DNA of 64,000 nucleotides from a virus. The notes beneath the pieces were generated by a model, which saw only the letters and a list, made by a program, of their open reading frames with translations, was not told the DNA's origin and searched no databases. The stretch lies in IMG/VR virus record IMGVR_UViG_3300007513_000010. The stretch is one strand, 5' to 3'. Positions 1 to 10,156 of the stretch are shown here, piece by piece. The position numbers and the translations under genes are program-made. Each line of letters begins with the position of its first letter. Position 1 is the first letter of the stretch.

Positions 1-3000
1 GCAGAAGCTGAGCAAGGTATGGGTGACGCTTATCAGCAAGAGCTTGGCCTAAAGATTAAGAGCATCCGCGCTACGACATCGGGTAAGAGCACAATATTGA
101 CACCACTTAATCCACCTCTTACAAAAAAGTTTAATATTAGTCCGCTCAACCGCCCCAGGACAATGAATTACTTTGCTCAAGTCGGTGAGCTGGCCAAAGG
201 AGGCGGAGGGATCCCATTGTTGGGCGGCTCGGGCTGTGGTCTTTTAGCGCCCTCCGGTCGAGAGATAGTTTTTAAGTTTACTTCTCCAAAGTTACAAGAA
301 ATCGGAACTGGCGATGAGGAAGCATCGGCTAGCTTTCTTGAAGATTCGTGGAATTCTGCAAGAAGTGGAGTTCAAGAATGGTGGAACACGTCTCAGAAAA
401 ACTTGAATAGCAATAATTTTGGCATGACACCAGATTATAATATTGCAGATATTATGCCAAGTTTTGGAGACTTGTGTGAGTTTGAGGACCTATGGGATCA
501 GTTTGTCAGCAAGTTTAGCCTTTTGGATTTAATTTGTGATTATGTAAGATGTATGAAGCTACCAAACGTTAACATAAGTTTGGACATTGACTTCAGATTG
601 CCTCCAATTCCAAAACTTCCAACAATTGATTTTATGAATTTCCTCAGGCTATTGTTGACAGAAATGTTAATCGAGATGCTGAAAAGAATGTTGTGCTCAA
701 TCATAAGTGCGATATTAGACGCCTTGAAGATGGATCCCTGTCCAGGAGAACTAGAAGAAGATTTGTTTGGAAACTTAGACTTTGATAGCTTGGTCCAAGG
801 CGCAGGCGAAAATCCAATTGAGGGCCTTAACGATTTGCCAACGAACGCCCGCATCGGTGTGAAGGCCCTTTCCGAGGCGCTAGCTGACACGGGTCTGCCA
901 CCGGATAGGCTAGAGGATGCTAAATCAATTATTGATGATATTTTTAAGATATTGACTCCACGGGAGATTTGTAAGCTTCTCAAGGGAGAATCAAGTAAAA
1001 GAGTTCTTACAGCTATTAAGAATTTGATAGAGTCTTTGCACGATCCTTTCTTTGCAGAGCATTTCAGTGTAGAAGAGAATATAATATACTTTTTTGAAAG
1101 CGTTGGAGTCTTCATAAGCCCGGATCTTTGCGAAGAGTTGGAAAAGGTTGACACGGTCTTGGGAGAAATCACGTGCTCAGAGATGAACGATGCGATTTCA
1201 ACTTTAAGGAGAAATCTTGAAAACAGAGGAAAGTTAGCGGAAGACGAGATTCAAAAATTATTAGATATTGCACAAGATAATTTGGATAAGCGCGCAGCTG
1301 CCTTGGGTGCTCTTATGAGTGGCGACAGTCTTGCATCTGTGGTTCCAGATCTGTTCAACCCCGGCAGTGATGACGCCTTATTATCGGCCCTGCCGGATTC
1401 ATTCAAAAACACTTTAGAGACTGCCTCAAAGGCTATTTTTGAAACAGCAAAGATGGCATATATAAATGACTTGGCAAAGTTTACACCAGCTTTATACAAC
1501 AATAAGCAATATTTGCCACAACCGGGTGACCCAGACTATAATGCACATGGCAGAATGGAGCTCGAGAAAACAACAGAGATACTGCGAATCTTTGAACAGC
1601 AACTGGGCGGATTATCGTTGGACGACGAAAGAAGACATACGGTTCCGAAGCATGTCCATGGCACGGCTTCGGGAGGTTGGGATGGATTCAGGTATAATAA
1701 TTATATTTCCAGTGGCGACGGTTCAATTGCTATAAATCTCGAAAAATTTGAAATAAACTACGCGCTTCATGAAGCTGAAAATATAAACAATTTGCCTGTG
1801 ATTAATTTGTTTACGATGAGAGAATCCTTGTACGTTGATTTTGTTGTTGACTATTACGATCCAAAAGACGGAAAAGTTTATATAGAAGACAATGAACAGT
1901 CACCTAGAATTCCTTTTTATAGGAGGCAGGAAATTCTTAAGCCTGTTGATCCGGAGAATCCAAATGGTGGGAAGATTAAAGTTTTAAGCTTGGTGAGGGC
2001 AAACAAATTCGAAAAGAATACGTCTCAACTTTGGCTAAAGAATTTCGCTGCCGACCTATCTCGAGCCGTTCGTGAGCCGCTATATGGCCCGCAGATGAAC
2101 CCAGGTTCGGTTTATCATTATGGCCCGAAGAATCCAAAATCAATAATCAACAACTATCGCGATTTGGCTTATTATTGTTATAAGTTTTACAGAAAAGCCA
2201 CAGATGGGGGCAAAAAACACAAAGACGAAAACGAATCTCGACGCGGCCATAGTGATGACGAAGCCTTGTGGAAAGGTGAACACCCGGTAGACCCAGAGAG
2301 TAACGACCATGCTCACATGTCCATCTTAAGGCTTTCCTTAATAGAAGACATAGGGAAAAGATTAGAGGCCCTATCTGGTAAAATAAGCGATGTGATGCAA
2401 CAGGGTACACTGAGAGTCACAAACAATACGGAACTCCTGCCAGAGATAAAGCCATATTTTGATAAAATTACAGAAACCATCAAGAACAGAAGAACGCAAG
2501 ACGTAGAAGAGAACCTTAGGGATGGTATTTTTGGAGAGCCGCAATTAACCCCGGAGCTTGAAGAGATACCAGTTGGGATTGAAGCTGTTGATGCTAGTTT
2601 GGATGACCAAGGCCGCCCACTGGTTTCGTTGGTTTTTGAGCCTTCGACATATATAAGAACTTTTGATGGCCGCGAGAGATACAAGAGATTTGCCTTGGAT
2701 AATCCGCCATCGATTGAGTTTATTGAAAACCCCTGGTCTCTGTCTTCGGATACTTATTCCTATACCGTAAACATCAATGACCCTTATTTGATAAAAAAGA
2801 AGATAGAGTTTGAAGAATGTTTGATAGTGCCGGACGAATTAAAGGTTTTTGTACCCAACAATGATAGCAAGTTTATTAGAAGAGATTCTTATGCTAAGCT
2901 GTTTCTCAAAGATTATCAAACGGTTCTAGATAGATACAAGATACGCATTGACAGAAACATGAACCAAAAGCTTTTAGCAGATGACTCAAAAATAAAAAAT

Positions 3001-6000
3001 GAACTAATAAAGGAATCAATCTATAGATCAACACTTGAATCGATGTTTGAATTTGTCTTGTTTCGACTGTCAAACTCCAATCTTTTTGATGAAAGTTATG
3101 TGAACCTTTTAGAAAAAAGAATCACAGGCACGAAATATTATGATCCAAGGACAGATTGCATACAGAATCCAACCGGTCTATCGGAAGGCAATATATTAAA
3201 ATTTGGAGACCTTATTAGTGATATGATCACAGAGGTACAAAATGAGTACGCCAAACCAGAGAATTATCCGCAAAATATGGACTTCTCTCAACCTGGACCA
3301 GTAGAGAAGGCGTTCCAAAATGTTATTGTTCGTGCAATAATAAAGATTTTTCATATTGAGTTTATGCTTCGCGGAGCACTGACAAACTCTACATACTCTC
3401 CGTCTTACTACAAAGACAACAGGCTTTTGGACAAATATTTTGAAGAATTTGTTTTGTCACAGCTAGCAAACAAGAGGGCTTTTGGCGGCGCGACATCTAA
3501 TGCGGAAGAGACAATGAATGAGTTTTATAAGGTCTTGATTAGAGTTTCTGGGGTTAGCCAAACAAGCTATAGTGAATCAAATAGAAAATTAGCACTAAGA
3601 TCACTAATACAGAAAGAAAAAGAAAAGATTCCAAACTTGTCGAACCATCTTTATCAAACTTCTACCACAAAAGATTATGTAGAAACTTTTGTAAAGCAGT
3701 TGCCAATTTTGGATGTAAAATCTTATATTCAATATACCGAACCACATCATGGCGGCGTCAACGACGCACTAAACATAAAGATGTATCAGAGGGGAAATTC
3801 GGACGCTGATATTTTTTTCATACAAGATATACCGCAAGATATGACAATCAATGGCGGCTTTTATTTGGAACATTATCTTCGATTAAATCAAAAGCCAGGA
3901 GCAGCCGAATCCCTAACTAATTTCAGAGTAGAGACCGGAGAAATACTAAGAGAGAAAATCTTTCAAAATTTGAGAGACTTTGCAGAAACTCAGTCATTCG
4001 CATCTCCTCCAGACAGCCCGGACGATTTAGAAATAAATGTTGACGAAATGAGGGCAAATATTGAACTGCATGCAAATGACGATGAATTCAGAGAAACAGA
4101 GGTCATTTCAGGAAGAGAACTTCAAACCCTATTATCAGACTATGTTGAGGCCAAATTGTTTTCAGATGAGGCCGAGACGGAATTAGAAAGAGAACTGAGA
4201 GAGGAATTCACATCTACACTAAATGTCCTCCGCCGCGACGAGTGCGGGATTGTTGATTTCGATTTTAATTATAGTGAAAGTTCTGAGGATATTCGAAGAA
4301 GAAGAAACGATTTAGTTGACCACCCTAGAGTGGTAAGAAGGCTTCCGTCACGACTTATAAAGAGAAACAGGACACATTTCAAGATTTCAGATTTTTTGTG
4401 GGGCAAGACGGAACCTGATAGGGAATCTTTTGTTAGGGCTTCGGATGGCAATTTAAATGAGAAATACATTAAAGATCTTTTTAAGGGGTCGGTCAATTTC
4501 GACTCCAGGGCATCAGAAGAGACAAGGTATTATGCTATTCCGATGGACGCTTGTTACCATTACGAACGTACCCGCTTTTGGGAACTAAATCACGATGACC
4601 CAGAAGTGACGGGTGAAATGTTGGATTTCTATAATCTAAATATGACAAATATTGATTCTGATGTAAACCCAGAGGAACTAAGAGGGGAAAATTACCATTA
4701 TACAAACTTTGGCGGACCCCAATATAAGATAGAGGAAATCGACGCTCCACGTGATGCTTATAAAAAGCTGCAAAGCGAACCCGGTCAGCCTTTGGTGGCA
4801 GACGGTCCCGCCCCAGTGATGTTTGGCCCTCTAGACTCAGGAGACAGTGACGATCTTCCTTCTTCTGGGGTAAAGAGAGGGGTTGTTCACCACCCTCATG
4901 TTACTTCGGTTGGGGTTATATATGACACTCTTGATACACCTTATCATCCTTTTGACCCAGCGGCACCATGGTTTTCGGAGACTAAGCAAGCTTCAGATCA
5001 GATTGAGCCGGCTTATTCAAACCATTTTGGGCTTCTGGAAAAAGAAGAGTTTCAATATGTGGTTGACATGTTTAAGGAGAATACTACTTGTACAAATACT
5101 GATACCCAAGAGGTGGAGTTTGAAGATTGGGATGAGATAGTTATAGACTTGTACGGAGAGTCGAGTGTCCCATATCATATTCCAGGTGAAAGTTTTCATC
5201 TTACTGATGAGCTTCCAATACTGACTTGGCGCGAAGTTGAATATCATGATTTTCTTTTACCCTACTGGAACACTACCAACAGCAATACCCGATCTCCAAA
5301 TTATACAAAAGTAAACTATCTTTCGACAGTTCCGCAAACGATTGGCGAAATGAGTATCCCTGATACGGAAAAGTTTATAAATCGGTTGTCCGCTTTCGAC
5401 ATATCGAATTTGGGAGTGGGAAATGTCGAATATGAGAACACCGGGCAACAACTTAATCAATATGGAGCCTACGCTTCGCCTTTTCGTTTCTCTGGGAACA
5501 CAGGGGGGTGGAAACAAGGTATACCGGAGATTATAGCTACAGAACATATGCCAGTTTTGGGAAACCTGACAGCGACCGGCCTCGACGTCGACACGGACGG
5601 CAACTACACAACGAATAAGATGAAGCCGATTTTAGGCTCCTCGAGAACGATAAGAAGAAACTCAAATGTTATTTCGGCTCCTGATAGTTGGGCAAAATAT
5701 GAAGAGGATCCACACATTAACGGCGGACACTATAATCGCGAAATATGGCGACCTCTATATTGGGACGCTATCAGAGTCTCTAGACCATTTGGTCATACGC
5801 CTATGAGTTATGAGAGCAAAATAGTAGACAAGGTAACAAGGATTTGGAGAGTCTCTTCAGACGAGGCGACTCAAAATTACCCCAATACAAATCTAGATCC
5901 AGTTTATAAAATAGAATTTAACGAAAGAGTATATGGGCCGAACACTTACTATATTCCAATTCGACTTTTGCTTACACAAGTTGTGCGCCGCGGTGGCCCC

Positions 6001-9000
6001 GGCCACCAATTGGCTCACTATAGAGATCACTCATCTCGTGGAGATACATTTGCAAGAGTCTTGATACCGGAACTGCTAAAGCCTCATGACTTTCCTAATC
6101 CAAGTTTAGATCCCCCTCCTGTGAATGACTTTAGAAAAGATCTTTTGCAGGAAGCCATGAATAATATATATAAGGAATATCTAGATATATTAATTACAGT
6201 TAGGAACGATTCACGACACAACTTGCATCATCAGGCAAATTTAGGATTCAGTCCCCCTAATCAGATTCTTGAAGAGGGTGATGCTAATTTTGGAGACAAT
6301 GAAACATCAGATCAAGCCCGCTGGAACCACAATTCCCAAACCCGTGCATATATTTCGAATTTGCCTACTTTTGCAAAATCGGCTTATAATAATGATTTCA
6401 ACGCAGGATTGACACAGGCAGCCGCAACCAGTAAATCTATAAATTTTCCAGCATTCTTTTCTGTGTCAAAATTATATAGCAGGGCATGCGAACTAGAGGC
6501 AGAAAAACAAATTGGTACGTTTACTTCTGATTCATCAAAAATTGATGAACAGTTTTTAAATAATCCCGGATTGTTGTTAAAAGATTGGGTAGATTTTAAC
6601 ACCTTAAACATGCCTATTAGGGACTTTACTCCAAAAACACCCATAAGACTTGCCCTAGATGGGGTCTCAAAAGATCAGGACTCGCTCTCCATCGGCGGCC
6701 GAGTGTATCATAATTGTGGTTTTGGGTTTAGGTTTCCTTTCTTTTCAAAGATAGAATCAGAAGATATTGATACGTACGATAAGGACCTTCTTGCTTACAA
6801 TAGGCAATTCAAGAGCGGCATGCCCAAGAATCTAGATCAATTGATTGACGATAGTATAAAGCCAACTTTTGGTGACGATATGGTAGCGACAATCGACACT
6901 ATAGTTCGAAAATGGTTTGGAGCAAAGAGGTATGATAGTTTTTGGGGAAAAACATCAAGCAGGAGTTGGTTGTTTGGAAACCAACTAAGCCTTGAGGGGA
7001 TAACAGATTCAATATATCGTCGCCCCGGCCAACCGGATTTATCTCAAGAAGAATCCATTCGGAGGGCCAACGCACGCGCGGGACGTCCACCAACTTGGGA
7101 CGACCTTTATCGCACGTACTCTTATGCAAGAGATATTTCAGACGTCGAGCTGGTTCGCTCAATACATAAAAATTGGCAATGCCCTCATGAATGGCCAAAT
7201 GGTCCTAAATGTGGTTTATCGCCGTTTGTCGCAGATGGACGCTGGACAATAACGGAGCTACAATATATGAAGGAACTGTGGGGACAATCGCCGACGTCGT
7301 CGATTATTGACGCTTTTAGTATAACAGCAGATCGCTTGGACGGGGAGCTTTTTGAGTGGGAAGTTCTTAATAGATCGGAAATACAAGACATGTCAGCAGA
7401 AGAACTTCTTGCTCGTCACCCTAATAAAGCTTTGTTGTCTCTTATTCATGTGGGCCCACATGGGCAAGTACGACAAAGACTTAATGCTCATTGGAATCAA
7501 GGCCGCGGCTGGGGGAATCAACCTTACGAAGTGGAAGTGAGAAGAGGTACGACAACCCGGAAAGAAACTCGTTACACTCTAGAAGAAAGAGGAGAGCTTG
7601 GCTATTTCACAAGAAATATGATGCTTGGTGATGATATAGGAAGCATCAATTGGATGATAGACACTATACTTATGGATTCTGAACAGAACAACCCGTGGGT
7701 ATCTGATATGATTTGGTATTTGAAATCCTCTCGCACATCGCAGTACGAACTTTCATCCACTAGGGGAGTGGTTGCAACCGCCGGAACTGGAGGCCCTATG
7801 ACGGTTTTAGGTGTTCGGGGATATTTAAATTTTCTTGTAGCAGCAGAGCTGAAGAGCCTGGGGGTAATGATTGGAGAGGAGTGGGTTGGCGGCTCGACAA
7901 ATATCGGCACCGCCGCGTCTGATTCTGATTGGGCCATGGCCGAGCGCGCCCAAACTATACTAGAAGGGGAAAGTTCATATATTCGACAAGTGGGGGAACA
8001 AATAAATCCAAGATCAGCATTCAATAAGAACCAAAAGTATTTAAATTTGTATGCTAAATATCGTCGTTATTTTGGGCTGTCACTCGACCAGCACGTGCGA
8101 TACACTCACACTAGACACAATCTTATAAACAGGCTGGTAACTCGAAAGCCAAAAGTTCTTCTATATTCAATTGAGGTTTTTGCTAGGCAGCATGAGTTTG
8201 TCGAGGCTATTAACAACATTTTTTGGACCTTTTTAGAAAATGACTCAACAATGCTTGAAGAAATGGAAGAAACCAGAAGAGCGGTGATAGAAGAAGTCCT
8301 AAATAGAATGAGAATGCTGTTTAATAACACTGAAATAAAATTCGGAGTTAGATTGGTTCAAGTTGTAAAGAGTACCCTTACAGATAAAATAATGCGAGCC
8401 TATAGAGATGCAGATCCAAAATTAGTTTCTTTAATCCCGAAAGAAGAGAGGAGTTATTTTCTTAAGCCAAGATCACCAGAGGATGATCGAAGCAGCGGAG
8501 AATATAGTATGTTGACAAATAGTCCCAACGATTTTGTTTTTTGCAATCCGTTGATATCATTTGAAGAGGAATTTCCAGCAGATTGTGTGAATTACCACAA
8601 TGTTTATCGTAGATATGTAAACGAAGAAGGCAGGAAATATTTAAGATCAAAGCTTTTTGACACTCCAGAATTTAGAGCGTTGACTGAATTCATTTATCCA
8701 TTAGATAAATTTGCAACAATGACCAACATATTTTCAACACAAATTTTATCTTCTAGGGCGAGTACACAAGAGATTTTAGACACAACTAAGGTTACTTTAA
8801 TGGAAATCTTTAAGACAATGATAAACAGAAATGACTTTGGCCGTAAAGGACCGTTTGATCACCTTGGCGCCGCAGCACTGAGCAATTCAGAACTGTTTAA
8901 TCAATTTAACAAGTATGCTACGTCCGAAGGTCCAGATATGAAGTGTATTGAGTTTCCAGATATGGGTCAATTCTTAGAAGCGTTGATTGATCAAATTAAA

Positions 9001-9660
9001 AATATAATATATTACACTCCTTCTATTATTTTAAGAGGAATAGCTAGCGCGATCGATCCAATGTATATGGACATGAAACAGAAGCACAACACATGCGAGC
9101 CAGGATCTGAGCACGTTAAAAACCTCAAGTGGAGCGGCACCACGATGTACACTGAAAAGAAACACAAAAGCTTGGGAGAGGGCACAACAGGGTGTGACAG
9201 CAATAAATATGCCCCTGTGTTTCCTGGTTTTGCGATAGACATGATGACATCGATAGCAAGCCTGCTATCGTTTGATGGTCGCCCTCTCGGTCGAACGCTT
9301 GATAAGTTTGCCACATATTTATATGATGCAGATCTGCCATTTTTTAAGTTTGATTTTGAATTTGATATTCCATGCTTAATGGATGAGCCTTATGAAAAAG
9401 AATACGAAGCGCCGACTCTTGGCTCTCATGGTAGGTATGGGCACTTTCTATCTCCGATTACTGTCCTTGCGTTATCAACTCCAGAGCTTCCAACGGAGAA
9501 GAATACAAAGTGCGGACCCTCGTGTGATGATCCGCCGATTATTTCCACAAAAGAGGAAAGAGATGCAACTGAAGGGTGCCCAGAACTAGAATCGCCTGAT
9601 GATTCTGCGGCTATCTCCGCCCAGGCGGCCGCCGACGCTATCGGTCTTGGAGAAGACTAA
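1..9660 (+). CDS. Giant (>3200 aa) hypothetical protein, probably virion/baseplate-associated; 5'-truncated by the window edge
   Basis: The ORF is open from base 1 with no stop before ATG 19. Both ends have Cys-containing helical regions. It lies directly upstream of the gp25/gp6 baseplate genes. No recognisable catalytic motif. Confidence 0.6.
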   Translation, partial: AEAEQGMGDAYQQELGLKIKSIRATTSGKSTILTPLNPPLTKKFNISPLNRPRTMNYFAQVGELAKGGGGIPLLGGSGCGLLAPSGREIVFKFTSPKLQEIGTGDEEASASFLEDSWNSARSGVQEWWNTSQKNLNSNNFGMTPDYNIADIMPSFGDLCEFEDLWDQFVSKFSLLDLICDYVRCMKLPNVNISLDIDFRLPPIPKLPTIDFMNFLRLLLTEMLIEMLKRMLCSIISAILDALKMDPCPGELEEDLFGNLDFDSLVQGAGENPIEGLNDLPTNARIGVKALSEALADTGLPPDRLEDAKSIIDDIFKILTPREICKLLKGESSKRVLTAIKNLIESLHDPFFAEHFSVEENIIYFFESVGVFISPDLCEELEKVDTVLGEITCSEMNDAISTLRRNLENRGKLAEDEIQKLLDIAQDNLDKRAAALGALMSGDSLASVVPDLFNPGSDDALLSALPDSFKNTLETASKAIFETAKMAYINDLAKFTPALYNNKQYLPQPGDPDYNAHGRMELEKTTEILRIFEQQLGGLSLDDERRHTVPKHVHGTASGGWDGFRYNNYISSGDGSIAINLEKFEINYALHEAENINNLPVINLFTMRESLYVDFVVDYYDPKDGKVYIEDNEQSPRIPFYRRQEILKPVDPENPNGGKIKVLSLVRANKFEKNTSQLWLKNFAADLSRAVREPLYGPQMNPGSVYHYGPKNPKSIINNYRDLAYYCYKFYRKATDGGKKHKDENESRRGHSDDEALWKGEHPVDPESNDHAHMSILRLSLIEDIGKRLEALSGKISDVMQQGTLRVTNNTELLPEIKPYFDKITETIKNRRTQDVEENLRDGIFGEPQLTPELEEIPVGIEAVDASLDDQGRPLVSLVFEPSTYIRTFDGRERYKRFALDNPPSIEFIENPWSLSSDTYSYTVNINDPYLIKKKIEFEECLIVPDELKVFVPNNDSKFIRRDSYAKLFLKDYQTVLDRYKIRIDRNMNQKLLADDSKIKNELIKESIYRSTLESMFEFVLFRLSNSNLFDESYVNLLEKRITGTKYYDPRTDCIQNPTGLSEGNILKFGDLISDMITEVQNEYAKPENYPQNMDFSQPGPVEKAFQNVIVRAIIKIFHIEFMLRGALTNSTYSPSYYKDNRLLDKYFEEFVLSQLANKRAFGGATSNAEETMNEFYKVLIRVSGVSQTSYSESNRKLALRSLIQKEKEKIPNLSNHLYQTSTTKDYVETFVKQLPILDVKSYIQYTEPHHGGVNDALNIKMYQRGNSDADIFFIQDIPQDMTINGGFYLEHYLRLNQKPGAAESLTNFRVETGEILREKIFQNLRDFAETQSFASPPDSPDDLEINVDEMRANIELHANDDEFRETEVISGRELQTLLSDYVEAKLFSDEAETELERELREEFTSTLNVLRRDECGIVDFDFNYSESSEDIRRRRNDLVDHPRVVRRLPSRLIKRNRTHFKISDFLWGKTEPDRESFVRASDGNLNEKYIKDLFKGSVNFDSRASEETRYYAIPMDACYHYERTRFWELNHDDPEVTGEMLDFYNLNMTNIDSDVNPEELRGENYHYTNFGGPQYKIEEIDAPRDAYKKLQSEPGQPLVADGPAPVMFGPLDSGDSDDLPSSGVKRGVVHHPHVTSVGVIYDTLDTPYHPFDPAAPWFSETKQASDQIEPAYSNHFGLLEKEEFQYVVDMFKENTTCTNTDTQEVEFEDWDEIVIDLYGESSVPYHIPGESFHLTDELPILTWREVEYHDFLLPYWNTTNSNTRSPNYTKVNYLSTVPQTIGEMSIPDTEKFINRLSAFDISNLGVGNVEYENTGQQLNQYGAYASPFRFSGNTGGWKQGIPEIIATEHMPVLGNLTATGLDVDTDGNYTTNKMKPILGSSRTIRRNSNVISAPDSWAKYEEDPHINGGHYNREIWRPLYWDAIRVSRPFGHTPMSYESKIVDKVTRIWRVSSDEATQNYPNTNLDPVYKIEFNERVYGPNTYYIPIRLLLTQVVRRGGPGHQLAHYRDHSSRGDTFARVLIPELLKPHDFPNPSLDPPPVNDFRKDLLQEAMNNIYKEYLDILITVRNDSRHNLHHQANLGFSPPNQILEEGDANFGDNETSDQARWNHNSQTRAYISNLPTFAKSAYNNDFNAGLTQAAATSKSINFPAFFSVSKLYSRACELEAEKQIGTFTSDSSKIDEQFLNNPGLLLKDWVDFNTLNMPIRDFTPKTPIRLALDGVSKDQDSLSIGGRVYHNCGFGFRFPFFSKIESEDIDTYDKDLLAYNRQFKSGMPKNLDQLIDDSIKPTFGDDMVATIDTIVRKWFGAKRYDSFWGKTSSRSWLFGNQLSLEGITDSIYRRPGQPDLSQEESIRRANARAGRPPTWDDLYRTYSYARDISDVELVRSIHKNWQCPHEWPNGPKCGLSPFVADGRWTITELQYMKELWGQSPTSSIIDAFSITADRLDGELFEWEVLNRSEIQDMSAEELLARHPNKALLSLIHVGPHGQVRQRLNAHWNQGRGWGNQPYEVEVRRGTTTRKETRYTLEERGELGYFTRNMMLGDDIGSINWMIDTILMDSEQNNPWVSDMIWYLKSSRTSQYELSSTRGVVATAGTGGPMTVLGVRGYLNFLVAAELKSLGVMIGEEWVGGSTNIGTAASDSDWAMAERAQTILEGESSYIRQVGEQINPRSAFNKNQKYLNLYAKYRRYFGLSLDQHVRYTHTRHNLINRLVTRKPKVLLYSIEVFARQHEFVEAINNIFWTFLENDSTMLEEMEETRRAVIEEVLNRMRMLFNNTEIKFGVRLVQVVKSTLTDKIMRAYRDADPKLVSLIPKEERSYFLKPRSPEDDRSSGEYSMLTNSPNDFVFCNPLISFEEEFPADCVNYHNVYRRYVNEEGRKYLRSKLFDTPEFRALTEFIYPLDKFATMTNIFSTQILSSRASTQEILDTTKVTLMEIFKTMINRNDFGRKGPFDHLGAAALSNSELFNQFNKYATSEGPDMKCIEFPDMGQFLEALIDQIKNIIYYTPSIILRGIASAIDPMYMDMKQKHNTCEPGSEHVKNLKWSGTTMYTEKKHKSLGEGTTGCDSNKYAPVFPGFAIDMMTSIASLLSFDGRPLGRTLDKFATYLYDADLPFFKFDFEFDIPCLMDEPYEKEYEAPTLGSHGRYGHFLSPITVLALSTPELPTEKNTKCGPSCDDPPIISTKEERDATEGCPELESPDDSAAISAQAAADAIGLGED

Positions 9661-9692
9661 ACTATATTATCGAGATAGATTCGGGAATATAC

Positions 9693-9700
9693 ACTATTTA
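9693..9700 (+). promoter_or_regulatory. ACTATTTA motif (putative phage late promoter)
   Basis: Intergenic, just upstream of the AGGAGG RBS and ATG 9718. The same motif recurs upstream of many structural genes. Confidence 0.6.
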
Positions 9701-9717
9701 AAGTAGGAGGCCGCTGT

Positions 9718-10143
9718 ATGTCCGGATATTCACCATCACTACCCTTATCTATGGGAAGCAGTGATGACACATATCAGTATTTAGATGAAATTACAGATCT
9801 TATTAGGCAAAACGTAAAAACGATTCTTCTTACGTGTCCTGGCGAGAGGATCTGGATGCCAACATTTGGTGTTGGTTTGAGAAATTTTTTATTTGAATTT
9901 CCAACAGAGGAGTTGAAAGAAGCAATAACAGATAAAATAAAGTCTCAATTTAAGCGATACATGCCGTTTTTAGACATCAATGCTATTATTTTAACCTCTG
10001 GCGGCCAAACAGAAGAAGTGTTAAAAATAAAAATCGAATATTTGATAAAGCCGCTTTCCGTATTCGAAATATTACAACTAGAATATAACGCTCTAGAGAA
10101 GAGTGTCATAATAGTAGATAACCTAGCAAACAGAAGGGGGTAA
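9718..10143 (+). CDS. Baseplate wedge protein, gp25/GpW-like
   Basis: IRQNVKTILLTCPGERIWMPTFGVGLRNFLFE matches the gp25/GPW family pattern (LLT.PGER...P.FG..L..LFE). AGGAGG RBS present. Confidence 0.9.
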   Translation: MSGYSPSLPLSMGSSDDTYQYLDEITDLIRQNVKTILLTCPGERIWMPTFGVGLRNFLFEFPTEELKEAITDKIKSQFKRYMPFLDINAIILTSGGQTEEVLKIKIEYLIKPLSVFEILQLEYNALEKSVIIVDNLANRRG

Positions 10144-10156
10144 TTGAAAAAAGAAA

